47,034 bases of DNA from Candidatus Falkowbacteria bacterium CG02_land_8_20_14_3_00_36_14 (GTDB taxonomy: Bacteria; Patescibacteriota; Patescibacteriia; Patescibacteriales; UM-FILTER-36-11), in assembly GCA_002781265.1 (NCBI GenBank), contig PETS01000105.1:1-47034 (forward strand). The letters run 5' to 3'. Position 1 is the stretch's first letter. Every line of letters starts with the position of its first letter. Shown here one piece after another: positions 46,827-47,034 of the stretch. The translations under genes were made by a program, and so were the position numbers. Below the pieces are notes generated by a model, which made no database searches, was not told the origin of the DNA, and was given only the letters and a program-made list of their open reading frames with translations.

Positions 46827-47034
46827 ATTGTTTTGACTTTGATAAACTATTATAATACATTACTTATAGTGAGCGTATGTCAACTTGCTTAATACAATGG
46901 TATCAAAAATATTAAAATTTGGCAAACAAAAAGGGAGTTCTGTAAAGGCTATTTAGAAATGTCATACCATTGGGCAAAGTAGAAATGTCATACTTGCCTA
47001 ATTTATCTATTTGGCAGCCGTTAAAATCGGCTGT

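Noticed and set aside
195..46836. Numerous 60-140 aa antisense or alternate-frame ORFs in the track
   Set aside because: They lie within confidently identified genes and show no independent motifs
46849..46883. Promoter for the XRE gene (minus-strand TTGACA and TATAAT)
   Set aside because: The two hexamers are 23 bp apart, too far for a standard sigma70 promoter; not called

Overview
AT-rich bacterial chromosomal segment. The near absence of Shine-Dalgarno motifs, the compact holB-frr-rseP-hpf-secA block and the repeat style suggest Patescibacteria/CPR (Parcubacteria-like); this is inference only. About 1-33.9 kb is a large surface-glycan locus: five GT4 glycosyltransferases, a frameshifted polyprenol-phosphate GT2, a probable GT-C membrane protein, six SAM methyltransferases or methyltransferase domains, a PglK/MsbA-like ABC exporter, a pseudaminic-acid-type pathway (pseB, pseC, pseH-like, pseI, SpsF-type cytidylyltransferase; no recognisable pseG), wecB and a WbaP/WcaJ initiator. 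About 34-44.2 kb is mostly housekeeping genes. About 44.3-47 kb is a decayed accessory region with an IS110 fragment, a nonsense pseudogene, a truncated restriction endonuclease and an XRE regulator. Main highlights: (1) a complete 332-aa LAGLIDADG intein in the PLP-site motif of a glycan-pathway class III aminotransferase; (2) a Trm112-methyltransferase-(alpha/alpha) barrel fusion next to a split WbdD-like methyltransferase/kinase pair; (3) several small palindromic elements, including one in frame in a glycosyltransferase, one nested inside another, and a TA-flanked MITE that supplies a stop codon; (4) heptamer repeats in frame in secA; (5) 10-bp phased TTGACAC repeats upstream of an HTH_17 gene. 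No tRNA, rRNA or CRISPR array was recognised.
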